Below are positions 37,712 through 47,334 of a stretch of 64,000 bases of DNA, piece after piece (position 1 is the first letter of the stretch; the number at the start of each line of letters is the position of its first letter). A program made the translations under genes and the position numbers. Under the pieces are notes generated by a model that saw nothing but the letters and a program-made list of their open reading frames with translations, did no database searches and had not been told where the DNA came from. The DNA comes from Candidatus Moraniibacteriota bacterium (lineage in GTDB: Bacteria; Patescibacteriota; Minisyncoccia; Moranbacterales; GWC2-37-73). The stretch covers positions 33,221-97,220 of the forward strand of contig DAIUDF010000001.1 of assembly GCA_036845785.1 (NCBI GenBank), given 5' to 3'.

Positions 37712-39061
37712 ATGAGAAAAATGAAGAAGAAAGCTTTGAAATCAGATTTGGGGAATAAATTTTATTCCAAAAATGTTTTTTTACCCATAGACAAGATCAA
37801 TGTTTTAAGACAACATCGGGAGACTTTTGATTTAGAAGGAATCCGGGATCTGGCTAATCACATCGCCAGCACTTTTCTTATGGAACCGGTCGTTGTCGCT
37901 TGCCTCAACGAAAAAAACGCACAGGAATATATCAATCTCTTAAACAAATTTTATAAGACTGACTACGATTTAAAGATGTTGATCAAGTTGACTGGTGGCA
38001 ACTATGCTGTGCTGATTTCAGGCGAAAGACGTCTTCGTGCTCATCAAGTAATTTGGCTTGGAGGCTGTTCGGAATGTCAGGATCTTTACGGTCAGGAAAA
38101 ACCTGGGACTTGTTGGAGTCGGCACTTTTCTGGAGAAAAAATCAAAAAAATGATTGAGACGCGTTTGTGCTACAACCTGTCAGCCATCAAGGTGATGGAT
38201 TTGCAGCTTTCCGGAAACAACTACATTCCACCACCTGAAGATGAAGTGATTAAAACCACTTCACTGCAATATCTGGTTAAAAAAGAACTGAATCCGAGAA
38301 TAACGATCAAAGAATTTGCCAAAGGCATTGGAAAAAGTTCTGACACTGTCGGCAAATATCTCCAGGTTTATAATCTGCCTCCGGAGATTTATGAGTATTA
38401 TGACAAAAAAAGCATTCCCTACGGCATCGCTGTTGAGTTGGCTTTTCTCAAAAACAATGGCGAAACCGACTTGGCCTATTGGGCCAACTGGGCCATATCG
38501 AAAAGAGTAACTGTTGAAAGGTTTAAAAAAGTAATCAGAGACTATCTTGGAACAAAGGATCAGGGCATTTTGGAAATATTCACAATGAAAGCTCAGGAGA
38601 TAGAGAGAAAAAGAATTATCAGAAAAACGGTTAATGAAGAAATGGTTGGCAGCATGCATTCTATGATTGTTTATTGGAGAAGAGTTCTTCTTTTGTTTCA
38701 GGAAGAAAAATTGGGCAAGGAAGATTCTCCTTTCTCTGAAAAAAGTCCAGCTTCTCTCTATAGAAAACAGATTGATCTAATGAAAACCAGCGTTTTGCCT
38801 CATCTCAGAGAGTATTTGCCCAAAAAAGATATGGGCGAGATTGAAAAAACTCTCGATTTGGTTTCTTCTGAGCTAGTAAAAGGCTCGAGAGATAAAAAAA
38901 CGTCGTTGCCACATCAATGTAGTTTTGATTTACGAACAATTTTAAAGGGCGTTCTGCATTCGCAGACCGCCCTTATTTTTTACTTCTTTTCGCTTCTCCT
39001 TTTAAATCTTGCGAAAACCGGATGCTTTTCTTTAAATCCAAGCCCTGGCAAAACGGTTTGA
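37712..39061 (+). CDS. ParB/Srx-fold (GERR box) domain protein with HTH
   Basis: YAVLISGERRLRAHQ is ParB box II. HTH at ITIKEFAKGIGKSSDTVGKYL. Good SD (gagaggagatgagaaaaATG). The 3' end is uncertain because it overlaps the convergent gene. Confidence 0.65.
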   Translation: MRKMKKKALKSDLGNKFYSKNVFLPIDKINVLRQHRETFDLEGIRDLANHIASTFLMEPVVVACLNEKNAQEYINLLNKFYKTDYDLKMLIKLTGGNYAVLISGERRLRAHQVIWLGGCSECQDLYGQEKPGTCWSRHFSGEKIKKMIETRLCYNLSAIKVMDLQLSGNNYIPPPEDEVIKTTSLQYLVKKELNPRITIKEFAKGIGKSSDTVGKYLQVYNLPPEIYEYYDKKSIPYGIAVELAFLKNNGETDLAYWANWAISKRVTVERFKKVIRDYLGTKDQGILEIFTMKAQEIERKRIIRKTVNEEMVGSMHSMIVYWRRVLLLFQEEKLGKEDSPFSEKSPASLYRKQIDLMKTSVLPHLREYLPKKDMGEIEKTLDLVSSELVKGSRDKKTSLPHQCSFDLRTILKGVLHSQTALIFYFFSLLLLNLAKTGCFSLNPSPGKTV

Positions 39062-40155
39062 GTTTGCAGCGGCTGAAGATTGAAAGGAACCCGATCCATT
39101 TTCATGAGAATTCCCCAGATATAATAGGGGGCTGCCGGAACAACACCATGACAGTACTGCTCTATTGGACAAGCAGAACAAGGATCCGTATACATCCTGG
39201 GCCAAGAAATCTTCCCGGAATAAAATTTCTCCGGTTCTCTTAAAACGGTTCCTTCTTTTGCTGAAGAATTTTGAAAATGTCTTGAACACAGATCTCGCGA
39301 CAAAACCCAGAGAGCAGGATTAATAACTAAATGGCTAATTTTGCTTTTATGAAGAAAGTTCTGAGACCATTTGGTTACTTCATCAACAAAATCTTCTCTC
39401 ATTCTCACGGCAATCTTGCCATCATAGGATATTGGATGATCTAGATTGATTTCAAATGGCTTTAAATCAGGCAAATTTAAAATTCCTGTTATCCAGAGAA
39501 TTCTCAAAGCGTGAAAATCAACCGGAATTGGAGTTGGAAAATGAGGAATTAGATTTTTTTCCTGAAGCCAAATTGTTAATAATGAAAATATCTTGCGCCG
39601 CATTCCTAAAATCCCGTGTCCGCCATTTCTTTTTTTGTCCTTTAAATTGACTCTGGCAAAAGCTTCTTCAAAGTCCTTGACACCTTTAAAAACTTTCAGG
39701 ATATTTCCATTCCATTTATCAACCAGAAAATAAGAATTGGTTATCCAGGCCTTGGTATGTTGATCGATTTTGTAAGCAAACGGATTGCCACTGCCGTTTT
39801 CTTTTCGTCCATAAACATGACCATTCTGTGCCAGAACCTTGGGTGTTATTTTCAGGAACGCTTTTTGCAAATCAGCTTCTTCTATGCCCTCGTCAACTAT
39901 ATAATTGGGATCAAAATATTCTGGATTTTCATCATACAAAACACATATCCAACGAAAAGGATCTTCGCTGATAATTCCGCCGCGCATAAACAAAGCTGCA
40001 TAAAAAAGAAAATTGGCATCCCTGGAAAACTTTAATCTGTCTTGTGGCAACACAATGTTTTCAAAGACATCTTTCTGCGCTCTCCATTCTCTATCCAAAA
40101 TTCGGAATACTTTCAAAGCCTTTTTATTATCAAACATTATATTCATCTTCCTCAC
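38980..40155 (-). CDS. hypothetical protein, possibly an HhH-GPD (endonuclease III-like) DNA glycosylase with C-terminal Cys cluster
   Basis: PIPVDFHALRILWITGIL resembles the VDTHVxRVxxRLG helix-hairpin-helix. Four C-terminal Cys residues (C-x34-C-x2-C-x5-C). Confidence 0.4.
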   Translation of the reverse strand: MRKMNIMFDNKKALKVFRILDREWRAQKDVFENIVLPQDRLKFSRDANFLFYAALFMRGGIISEDPFRWICVLYDENPEYFDPNYIVDEGIEEADLQKAFLKITPKVLAQNGHVYGRKENGSGNPFAYKIDQHTKAWITNSYFLVDKWNGNILKVFKGVKDFEEAFARVNLKDKKRNGGHGILGMRRKIFSLLTIWLQEKNLIPHFPTPIPVDFHALRILWITGILNLPDLKPFEINLDHPISYDGKIAVRMREDFVDEVTKWSQNFLHKSKISHLVINPALWVLSRDLCSRHFQNSSAKEGTVLREPEKFYSGKISWPRMYTDPCSACPIEQYCHGVVPAAPYYIWGILMKMDRVPFNLQPLQTQTVLPGLGFKEKHPVFARFKRRSEKK

Positions 40156-40268
40156 CCCTTTCCTTATTCGATTTTTAATTTAACTAAGCTAGCCAGAAAA
40201 TCCTAGCAGAAGATTAGTTTTTAAGCAAGAAAAAAACTGCCTAAGCAGTTTTTGAGAATTTTTTAGAG

Positions 40269-40967
40269 TTATAATGCCAAACTGAAAAAGATGTTCAGCA
40301 TAAAATTCAAGAAAATTCCCAGCGGCTTGGAAAAAATAAAGATAAACAAAAGCAAAAGAATGAAGCCATACTGTTCCAACATTATCATTATTTCAGTTCT
40401 AATTGGCAGAAAAGCAAAAAGCAGTTTTGACCCATCGAGCGGCGGAAACGGAATAAGGTTAAAAAAGGCCAAGAGCACATTCCAAAAAATGACAATCATG
40501 AGAATGGCAAAAAATATCGATCCAACAGAACCAGAAATAGCTGCGGAAAGCTGTTCCCAAGAAGTTCCGGCAATTCCGGAAATGATGGCCATTTTTACAG
40601 CTGTGGAAATAGGAATAATTTTAGCTATAATTGCAGAAATTAGGGCAATGGCAATGTTTGCCCCCGGTCCACCGAAAGCAACTGCAACCGGACCCCATTT
40701 TTGATTTTTGAGATTGTAAGGATTGTATGGAACCGGTTTCGCCCATCCGAAGGCGAATCCTGTTGAGATAAACATCGCGAAAGGAACAATAATTGAACCC
40801 CAAATGTCAATATGTTTAATTGGATTGAAATTCAGTCGGCCGGCATATTTGGCCGTCGGATCGCCGAGCCAAAGCGCCACGAAACCATGCGCCACTTCAT
40901 GGATGATAATGGTGTATATCAAAATTGCGATATAAAAACCAATAAGAATGATTGAGTTCAGATCCAT
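40269..40967 (-). CDS. site-2 protease family (peptidase M50) membrane metalloprotease
   Basis: HEVAHG zinc motif and NLIPFPPLDG motif. Confidence 0.85.
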   Translation of the reverse strand: MDLNSIILIGFYIAILIYTIIIHEVAHGFVALWLGDPTAKYAGRLNFNPIKHIDIWGSIIVPFAMFISTGFAFGWAKPVPYNPYNLKNQKWGPVAVAFGGPGANIAIALISAIIAKIIPISTAVKMAIISGIAGTSWEQLSAAISGSVGSIFFAILMIVIFWNVLLAFFNLIPFPPLDGSKLLFAFLPIRTEIMIMLEQYGFILLLLFIFIFSKPLGIFLNFMLNIFFSLAL

Positions 40968-41053
40968 AAAATTTTACCGATACGAAACTACAAATTAAAT
41001 ACGAATCTACGAAATTTCGGATGTGCGCTTTTGTAGCGCGCTTTCGGATACTC

Positions 41054-41082
41054 TTGCCAAAGTACAATATATATAGTACAAT
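41054..41082 (+). promoter_or_regulatory. sigma70-like promoter for rpmB
   Basis: TTGCCA, 17 bp spacer, TACAAT, about 40 bp upstream of the ATG. Confidence 0.45.
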
Positions 41083-41123
41083 GAAATTCGTAATTAATCA
41101 ACATTTATACATTACATAAATAT

Positions 41124-41291
41124 ATGAGTAGAACATGCAGCGTCTGCGGCCGCGGAACAACTTCTGGAAATTCCCGAAGCCATTCAAACATCGCTTCCAA
41201 AAGAAAATTTTCCATCAATCTTCAGAGCAAAAAAGTTAAGGGCAAGAAAGTCAAGGTTTGCTCAAAGTGCCTGAAAACGGAAAATAAATAA
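41124..41291 (+). CDS. rpmB: 50S ribosomal protein L28 (zinc-binding form)
   Basis: MSRTCSVCGRGTTSGNSRSHSNIASKRKF...CSKC. Under 60 aa, so not in the ORF track. Confidence 0.85.
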   Translation: MSRTCSVCGRGTTSGNSRSHSNIASKRKFSINLQSKKVKGKKVKVCSKCLKTENK

Positions 41292-41306
41292 TTGCATTCC
41301 TTTAAA

Positions 41307-41341
41307 AAATCCCCTGCTAAACCAGCGGGGATTTTTTGTTT
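41307..41341 (+). terminator. intrinsic terminator after rpmB
   Basis: tcccctgctaaaccagcgggga hairpin followed by T6. Confidence 0.7.
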
Positions 41342-41364
41342 CCATAAAAGCTTTGAAAGAATTT

Positions 41365-41571
41365 TTACTTTCTTTGCATCATTCCCACGACAAAAATCAA
41401 ATACAGTCCGGCCAAACCGACCAAATCATAAACTATTCTGGATACAATCGACATGCTGCCGAAAATTGCAGCCACAAGATCAAAGCTAAACAACCCCACC
41501 AGCCCCCAGTTGATGGCGCCAACGATAACAAGCACTAAGGCAACCCAGTCAAGTATTGTTAATTGTTTCAT
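41365..41571 (-). CDS. DUF378 family small membrane protein
   Basis: GAINWGLVG...FDLVAAIFG signature. Confidence 0.7.
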   Translation of the reverse strand: MKQLTILDWVALVLVIVGAINWGLVGLFSFDLVAAIFGSMSIVSRIVYDLVGLAGLYLIFVVGMMQRK

Positions 41572-41817
41572 AAAAACCCACCTCCTCGCATTTTATCAAA
41601 ATCTAAGATTTTGCTAAAAAATGCAGAGTCCCGTAAAATTCTCTTTTGAATCTTTATCTTACGACTAGCTAAGCCGTCAGGCGATTCCAAGCGCAATTTA
41701 TTTGCTACATAAATCGTATTCGGAATTTGTACGGGGCTGCATCATTAAATATTATAGCTACTATTACTACAACGAAGCGAGTTATTTATGACAATTTTCA
41801 TTTATATAACAGAAAAA

Positions 41818-42480
41818 TCAAAACAAACGGCCGGAAGAATTTTCAAATACCATTTTCCGATAGACATCCCGCGTAGTCGCGACATCCCGCTGGCAATATT
41901 CGCAGATTTCTTTGTCTTTGCCTTTCCGATGAAACTCCGCCACTTGCGATCCGTCAATTCCGTCTTTGGGCGAAGGAATGCTAAGTGCCAAAGCCAGATA
42001 TTCCAATCCCACTCCGCTGTTTGCCCATTTCATCCACTCTTTCATTGTGTCGAAAATCGGATAATTCCTATACCTAGCAAAGCTGATTTCGTAGGCAGGT
42101 TTGACTCCTAAAATAATGGAACGCTGATAGATGAAGCGCAAATCGAAATCCATCACATTGTGACCCACGAAAAGCAAACCGTAGTCCGGATATTGTGGAT
42201 TGCGCGGCGTGATGCTGAGCGCCTGAACCAAATCCCAAAATTCTTGCAATGTTTTTTTCTCATTATTTTCATTGTAAAAAAATTGGACCGGATCGTCATC
42301 GACGGCATAGCCGATGCAAAGAATCTGGCCATAGGCTCCGTCAAAACTGGTCTTGGCCAAAAATTCATCGAATTTTTCCTGATCAAATTCATCATGCTTC
42401 TTGTCAAAAAGCATTTTCAAAGTTTCTGTCTTGCTTTCTTCGGCTGGCAAAGTTTCAATGTCTAAAAATAGTTTGTGCAT
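41818..42480 (-). CDS. DnaQ-like (DEDD) 3'-5' exonuclease
   Basis: FLDIETLP (Exo I), GHNVMDFDLRF (Exo II), YCQRDVATTRDVY (Exo III). Confidence 0.7.
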   Translation of the reverse strand: MHKLFLDIETLPAEESKTETLKMLFDKKHDEFDQEKFDEFLAKTSFDGAYGQILCIGYAVDDDPVQFFYNENNEKKTLQEFWDLVQALSITPRNPQYPDYGLLFVGHNVMDFDLRFIYQRSIILGVKPAYEISFARYRNYPIFDTMKEWMKWANSGVGLEYLALALSIPSPKDGIDGSQVAEFHRKGKDKEICEYCQRDVATTRDVYRKMVFENSSGRLF

Positions 42481-42609
42481 TTACCCTGTTAAATTCAACT
42501 CTGTTGAAATTTTGCTTTGGCAAAATTATTTAACAGGGTGAATTTTAAATTATATCTTATAATTACATTATAACACCAAACAAAAACCGCTTCTAGCTTG
42601 AAGTGGTTT

Positions 42610-43173
42610 TTAGAGTTTTTGAAGTTGATTTTTTATTCTTTCGTATTCCGGAATAGTTTCCGAAACCAGATTCCAAAAACGTTTGGAATGATTAAATTCC
42701 TTGAGATGGCAAAGTTCGTGTACAATGATGTAATCAGCGTGGCGCGAAGGGAGCAATATGATTTTGTAGTTGAAATTTAAATTACCTTTCGAACTGCAAC
42801 TGCCCCAGCGGGTTTTTTGATTGCGGATCGCCACGCTGTTGTATTCAAATCCATAAAATTCACTATATTTTTCCAAACGCCTGGTCACAAAATCCCGGGC
42901 ATACTCCTTGAGACGCAAATATTCATCCCGATTGTAGCGAGAAAACAGACTTTTGCGGCCGATTTTCTTCATAGCTTTCATTTTGTCCAAAACCCACTGG
43001 GAATTTTGCTGGATAAATTTTTCTGCATCCCAAAAACTCATGCGCCACGGCAATGTTACCATGCAGTTTCCATCGCAAGAAATGGCAATTTTGAGCCTCT
43101 TTGCCTTCCTGTGCTTGCGCACGCTATATTCAATTCTCTCATTTTTGAGAGTGATTTTTTTAGTCACTGTCAT
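42610..43173 (-). CDS. YgjP-like (DUF45/WLM) zinc metallohydrolase
   Basis: HELCHLKEFNHS HExxH motif. Start at MTVTKKITLKNERIEYSVRK (cat at 43171-43173). Confidence 0.75.
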   Translation of the reverse strand: MTVTKKITLKNERIEYSVRKHRKAKRLKIAISCDGNCMVTLPWRMSFWDAEKFIQQNSQWVLDKMKAMKKIGRKSLFSRYNRDEYLRLKEYARDFVTRRLEKYSEFYGFEYNSVAIRNQKTRWGSCSSKGNLNFNYKIILLPSRHADYIIVHELCHLKEFNHSKRFWNLVSETIPEYERIKNQLQKL

Positions 43174-43219
43174 ACGTTGACAAAAATCAATTATATTGCC
43201 TACTTTGAAAAAAATCATA

Positions 43220-44416
43220 CTATTCTTTGATCAAAGCATTATACTTTTTAACATTCTCGTTGTAAAGCGCGACATTGTTGTTGTATTTTTCCAGATCTCT
43301 TTTGTATTCTTCAAGAAAATTATTGTATTTTTCAACAACTGCGTTATATTTTTCAATATTTCCATCTTTTTTGTATTTTTTTAGATCATCCTTCATATTT
43401 TCCAGGTCTTCTACCTCTTCATTGATTACACTTTTAAATGAACTAGTCTTGGATGAAAGAGTTTGCATGTCTTTTTTAAGCTGTAAGATCTGATCTGCAA
43501 TTTTCTGCGTCTGAATTATCCCTAAATACTCTTTTCCTTCTTTGGGCAAAATTATTTTTACCTGCTCCAATTCCTTTATTTTTATTGTTTGCGTCGAGAT
43601 AGAATCATAATCAGCAATCTGCTTAACTTCCGCCACCTTGCCACTTCCCAAATCAAAATCCGGAATAATTCCAATTTTGTTCCCGGTATTTGTTGTTTCG
43701 ACAAAGCAATACCCGCTGTCATAATTTGAATAATTTTGCGGACATTCAACCGCAGCTGCCATATGTTTTTCTTGTTCGAATTCAAAAAGTGCGACACCAT
43801 AACCCATTTTATCTAATAATGCATATGCCAGAAGACTTTTGTCGCTGCAGACTCCCTTTTGTTCCCATAAAACTTCGTAGGGATAGAGCAACTCTTCTTT
43901 ACCTATTTCCTGCAAAATATTAGCGGCCTTGGCATCATCATATGGGATCGTTTGAACAAAACTTATTGCGAGTTCCACAATCTGATCATCGTTGAGATTA
44001 TTCTTTTTTCCAAGTTCCTCTATTTGATTTGCCAGCTCCGCCATTGTTGCGTCAGTCGGATCGCTTTTTAAAAACATCGCATAATATTCTTCTTCCCAAT
44101 TTGTCGGCAATTCTCCCAAATATGAATATTCTTTAGGTTTGGATTTATAGTATTCATAAACCGATTTATATAGCGTTTTTTCTAGGCTATATTTTTTTCC
44201 TTTATATTCCCATTCGAATTTTTTTATGACCGGCTGGCTGAGTTCCGGAAAAGGAATGAGTTTTTGCTTGGCATTTTGTACAGTTTGTTCGATTCCTGGT
44301 GCAATTTGAGCAAAATTATGAATACCCTTTTTTTCGGAAATATACCAAAGCAAGCCCGCAACAATTGCCAGTTCGACGAAAACAATAATTGATTTTTTCA
44401 GAAAATTTTTAAGCAT
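43220..44416 (-). CDS. membrane-anchored transglutaminase-like cysteine-peptidase-domain protein with C-terminal coiled coil
   Basis: N-terminal TM. GVCSDKS...EKHMAAAV...DSGYCFVE matches a Cys-His-Asp triad. EKYN-repeat coiled coil at the C-terminus. Confidence 0.55.
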   Translation of the reverse strand: MLKNFLKKSIIVFVELAIVAGLLWYISEKKGIHNFAQIAPGIEQTVQNAKQKLIPFPELSQPVIKKFEWEYKGKKYSLEKTLYKSVYEYYKSKPKEYSYLGELPTNWEEEYYAMFLKSDPTDATMAELANQIEELGKKNNLNDDQIVELAISFVQTIPYDDAKAANILQEIGKEELLYPYEVLWEQKGVCSDKSLLAYALLDKMGYGVALFEFEQEKHMAAAVECPQNYSNYDSGYCFVETTNTGNKIGIIPDFDLGSGKVAEVKQIADYDSISTQTIKIKELEQVKIILPKEGKEYLGIIQTQKIADQILQLKKDMQTLSSKTSSFKSVINEEVEDLENMKDDLKKYKKDGNIEKYNAVVEKYNNFLEEYKRDLEKYNNNVALYNENVKKYNALIKE

Positions 44417-44420
44417 TTAT

Positions 44421-44873
44421 CTATGATAATTTTTGTATCTTATAATAATTACTTTCGATTTCGTCTCTATCTTTTTTTATTTTAAGATCATTAAATAATT
44501 TTTTCTTAAGTAAGGTTGGCAAAACTGTTTTTTTTGAAAACTCATCGTAATTAACCCAATAAAATTCTAAATGTTTTTCAAGAGCGCGAATATTTTGCTT
44601 ATTGATTTTTACTCGAAACACAAAATTAACTTCGTGGATGACATCTTTTTTATCTTTAAAAACATTTTCTAATACGCCAATGGGTTTACAATTTTTTATT
44701 TCTGCTCCAATTTCTTCCTTAATTTCTCTTTTCAGGGCATCTTCTGCAAATTCACCAAATTCAATATGCCCTCCTGGAAAAAAATAATAATCCCTATCTT
44801 TCCTTTTGCAAAGCAAGATTTTTCCTTTTTGAAAAATGAAACCTCTAGCAATAAATTCTACATTTTTTTTCAT
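44421..44873 (-). CDS. NUDIX hydrolase
   Basis: GGHIEFGEFAEDALKREIKEEIG Nudix box. Confidence 0.8.
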   Translation of the reverse strand: MKKNVEFIARGFIFQKGKILLCKRKDRDYYFFPGGHIEFGEFAEDALKREIKEEIGAEIKNCKPIGVLENVFKDKKDVIHEVNFVFRVKINKQNIRALEKHLEFYWVNYDEFSKKTVLPTLLKKKLFNDLKIKKDRDEIESNYYKIQKLS

Positions 44874-44898
44874 ATATTTTTTATAAATTGTTTTAATG

Positions 44899-44969
44899 TC
44901 GGGGTATGGAGAGTTGAACTCCAGCTACAAGACCCCCAGCCTTGCGTACTACCGTTATACTATACCCCG
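44899..44969 (-). tRNA. tRNA-Pro (anticodon GGG), no encoded CCA
   Basis: Minus strand reads CGGGGTA-TA-GTAT...GTAC-G-CAAGG-CTGGGGG-TCTTG-...TGGAG-TTCAACT-CTCCA-TACCCCG-A. It has the C1:G72 pair and A73 discriminator typical of bacterial tRNA-Pro, and the anticodon loop is CU-GGG-GG. Confidence 0.8.
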
Positions 44970-45087
44970 ATTTTTGTTTCTAACGAGATATGCCCCGATA
45001 TAATTCAAGCATAACAGAACTTAGGCAATAAAAAAAGCAGAATTTTATTTTCAAAATCCTGCTATTTTTGTTTGCAAACATGAAAGA

Positions 45088-45267
45088 TCATATTTGCCAA
45101 GTTGTGTGAGGAACAAAATATGGTCCCTTCTCACTACGCTTTTTTGGAGAATTATTTTTAATTTCTCCCTTGCCGGCTTCAATCTGTGCCGGCAAAACTC
45201 CACGACAAATGTCACAAGTGTTAGGATTGACGCAAAAATGATCGCTTAAACTTTTTTCGTTACTCAT
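45088..45267 (-). CDS. small CxxC protein (59 aa)
   Basis: MSNEKSLSDHFCVNPNTCDICRGV..., with strong SD (aaaagggggaagaaATG). Not in the ORF track. Confidence 0.4.
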   Translation of the reverse strand: MSNEKSLSDHFCVNPNTCDICRGVLPAQIEAGKGEIKNNSPKKRSEKGPYFVPHTTWQI

Positions 45268-45286
45268 TTCTTCCCCCTTTTAAAAT

Positions 45287-45487
45287 CTAAGTTAAATGCA
45301 ATATGGATAAAATAATTACCCCTTCAATTTTCTTTATTTCTTCAGTGATTTTTTTAAAATCACCTTCAGCTTCTACTAAATAACCTTTTATTTCGCTGCT
45401 TATTACAGACAACCCCTCTATGGATTTAATTCCTTCAGCGATTTTCGTTTTATTATCCTTAATGCCTAATGAAAGTCTAACTGCCAT
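45287..45487 (-). CDS. small hypothetical protein (66 aa)
   Basis: Strong SD (aagggggtgaatgtattATG). Confidence 0.4.
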   Translation of the reverse strand: MAVRLSLGIKDNKTKIAEGIKSIEGLSVISSEIKGYLVEAEGDFKKITEEIKKIEGVIILSILHLT

Positions 45488-45693
45488 AATACATTCACCC
45501 CCTTATTGTTTTTAAAGGACCAATAAAAAATCCCGACTTGCGCCGGGCTTCCAATGCGAAACTTTTAAATATTTCATGCATTATTACCCAGCCAATAAAA
45601 CTTCTTGTTAAAGAAGAAAAACCAAAACAGGTTTATAAATTTTTTGGCTGAATAATTTTTCATATGTGAATTTTATCAAAATTCATTTTTTCT

Positions 45694-45722
45694 GTCAAAA
45701 AAGCCCCAATTGCTCAGGGCTT
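45694..45722 (-). terminator. intrinsic terminator after ndk
   Basis: agccctgagcaattggggct hairpin followed by T6 on the minus strand. Confidence 0.65.
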
Positions 45723-45741
45723 AAATAAAATCAGAAAAAAT

Positions 45742-46347
45742 CTATTCCAAGATTCCATCTAAGTTAACATCATACAAAATTTTATCCTGAACAAGATTAT
45801 AGCTAATAATTTCTTTTTTATCAAACCAGTGATTAATTTCCATTTCAGCTTCTTCAGGAGATCCAGAAGCATGAACTAAATTCCTAACAAAACGATTATC
45901 TGAATCACTCATTTCATAAGAATCCAAAACATAGTCTCCACGAATTGTCCCCGGATCTGAAGTAAGAGGTTCTGTTCCTCCGGTAATTTTTCTGACTATT
46001 TTTACTGCATGTGCTCCTTGCCATACCATAGCTACAACAGGTCCAGCAGTCATAAATTTTCGACCGTTTTCCAGGATTTTAGCTGTAATTTCCAATGGAT
46101 CCATTGATGGAGGAGTTAAACCCTTAGCTTGATAACCTTTTATTGTTTTTTCTCCAGTTACTCTGCGCCAATTAGGATCTAATGTATAATGTTTTTCAAT
46201 AAAATCTCCATCCGGAATAAGCATTTTAACAGCTATCAGTTTTAATCCTAATTGTTCATATCTTTTAATGATTTCTCCGATTAATCCTCTTTGTACTCCA
46301 TCTGGCTTAATAACTGTCAGTGTTCTCTCATGTTTAAAATGTTTTTC
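45742..46347 (-). CDS. ndk: nucleoside diphosphate kinase (with internal insertion)
   Basis: TLTVIKPDGVQRGLIGEII...NLVHASGSPEEAEMEI, including the active-site His. Start at MEKHFKHERT. Confidence 0.85.
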   Translation of the reverse strand, partial: EKHFKHERTLTVIKPDGVQRGLIGEIIKRYEQLGLKLIAVKMLIPDGDFIEKHYTLDPNWRRVTGEKTIKGYQAKGLTPPSMDPLEITAKILENGRKFMTAGPVVAMVWQGAHAVKIVRKITGGTEPLTSDPGTIRGDYVLDSYEMSDSDNRFVRNLVHASGSPEEAEMEINHWFDKKEIISYNLVQDKILYDVNLDGILE

Positions 46348-46399
46348 CATAAAAGTTAAGCTTAGTTTATTACTGAAATTAAATTTAGCACATAAAAAA

Positions 46400-47263
46400 T
46401 CAATTGGCAACCCGAGTGCATTTGTCATTTGGATTTTGACATTTATAAACGACATCCCCCATTTCATCGGTTCTTAAAATATTTACTTTATTTCTAAGCA
46501 GTCTGTCCAAAACTTCCTGATTGGGATGGCCATAGGAATTTTTACCCACAGAAATAACAGCGTCAGCCGGATTTGTTGCTGATAAAAAATCATCGCCGGT
46601 TGAATATTTGGAGCCATGATGGGCGACTTTGAGCACATCGGATTTTATATCCACTCTGGAATTTATAAGCTCTGTTTCTTTGGCGCTTGGCAAATCCCCG
46701 GTCAGAAGAAAAGAATTTTCGCCATAAACTAACTCAATAGCAACACTGTTGTCATTACTGGCTTCATCAACGGCTTCCGGAAGTGAAGTTAAAGGAAATA
46801 AAACATTCGCCACTGTTCCGCCGGGAAATTTAACTGTCGCATCTTTTTTGGCATCCACTTTTTCCAAACCTTTTTGGCTAATCACCTCTTTGAGTTTTTG
46901 ATAAACTTCCGAATCGCTTTCGGCATTGGTTTTCAGAATTTTTTCAACTCTATATGTTCCAAGAACATCAATGAGTCCCCCAATATGATCTTGATCGGGA
47001 TGGGTAGCGACAACAATTTCAATCTTCCGGTCCCAAAACGGAATATATTTTCCAAGCTCCTGCAAAAGCAATCCCCCGTCTTTCCCGCCATCAATCAACA
47101 TTTGATTTTGCCCTTCGGAAATCAAAATAGCGTCGCCCTGTCCGACATTCAGAAAATAGACGTTTAAATTATTTTTCCGAGCAGAAAAAACAATACTAAA
47201 AATAATTGCGGTTAATATTGCAAATAATATTAAGATTGAATAGATTAGTTTGCGATTTGTCAT
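46400..47263 (-). CDS. metallo-beta-lactamase fold protein corresponding to the ComEC C-terminal domain (separate ORF with its own TM)
   Basis: ATHPDQDHIGGL and VAHHGS motifs. Start at MTNRKLIY. Confidence 0.75.
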   Translation of the reverse strand: MTNRKLIYSILILFAILTAIIFSIVFSARKNNLNVYFLNVGQGDAILISEGQNQMLIDGGKDGGLLLQELGKYIPFWDRKIEIVVATHPDQDHIGGLIDVLGTYRVEKILKTNAESDSEVYQKLKEVISQKGLEKVDAKKDATVKFPGGTVANVLFPLTSLPEAVDEASNDNSVAIELVYGENSFLLTGDLPSAKETELINSRVDIKSDVLKVAHHGSKYSTGDDFLSATNPADAVISVGKNSYGHPNQEVLDRLLRNKVNILRTDEMGDVVYKCQNPNDKCTRVAN

Positions 47264-47334
47264 AAAAGTAAAATGACAAATGACGAATTCCCAATGACAA
47301 ATCAAATCCAAATGACTAAATGTCAAATTTGAGC

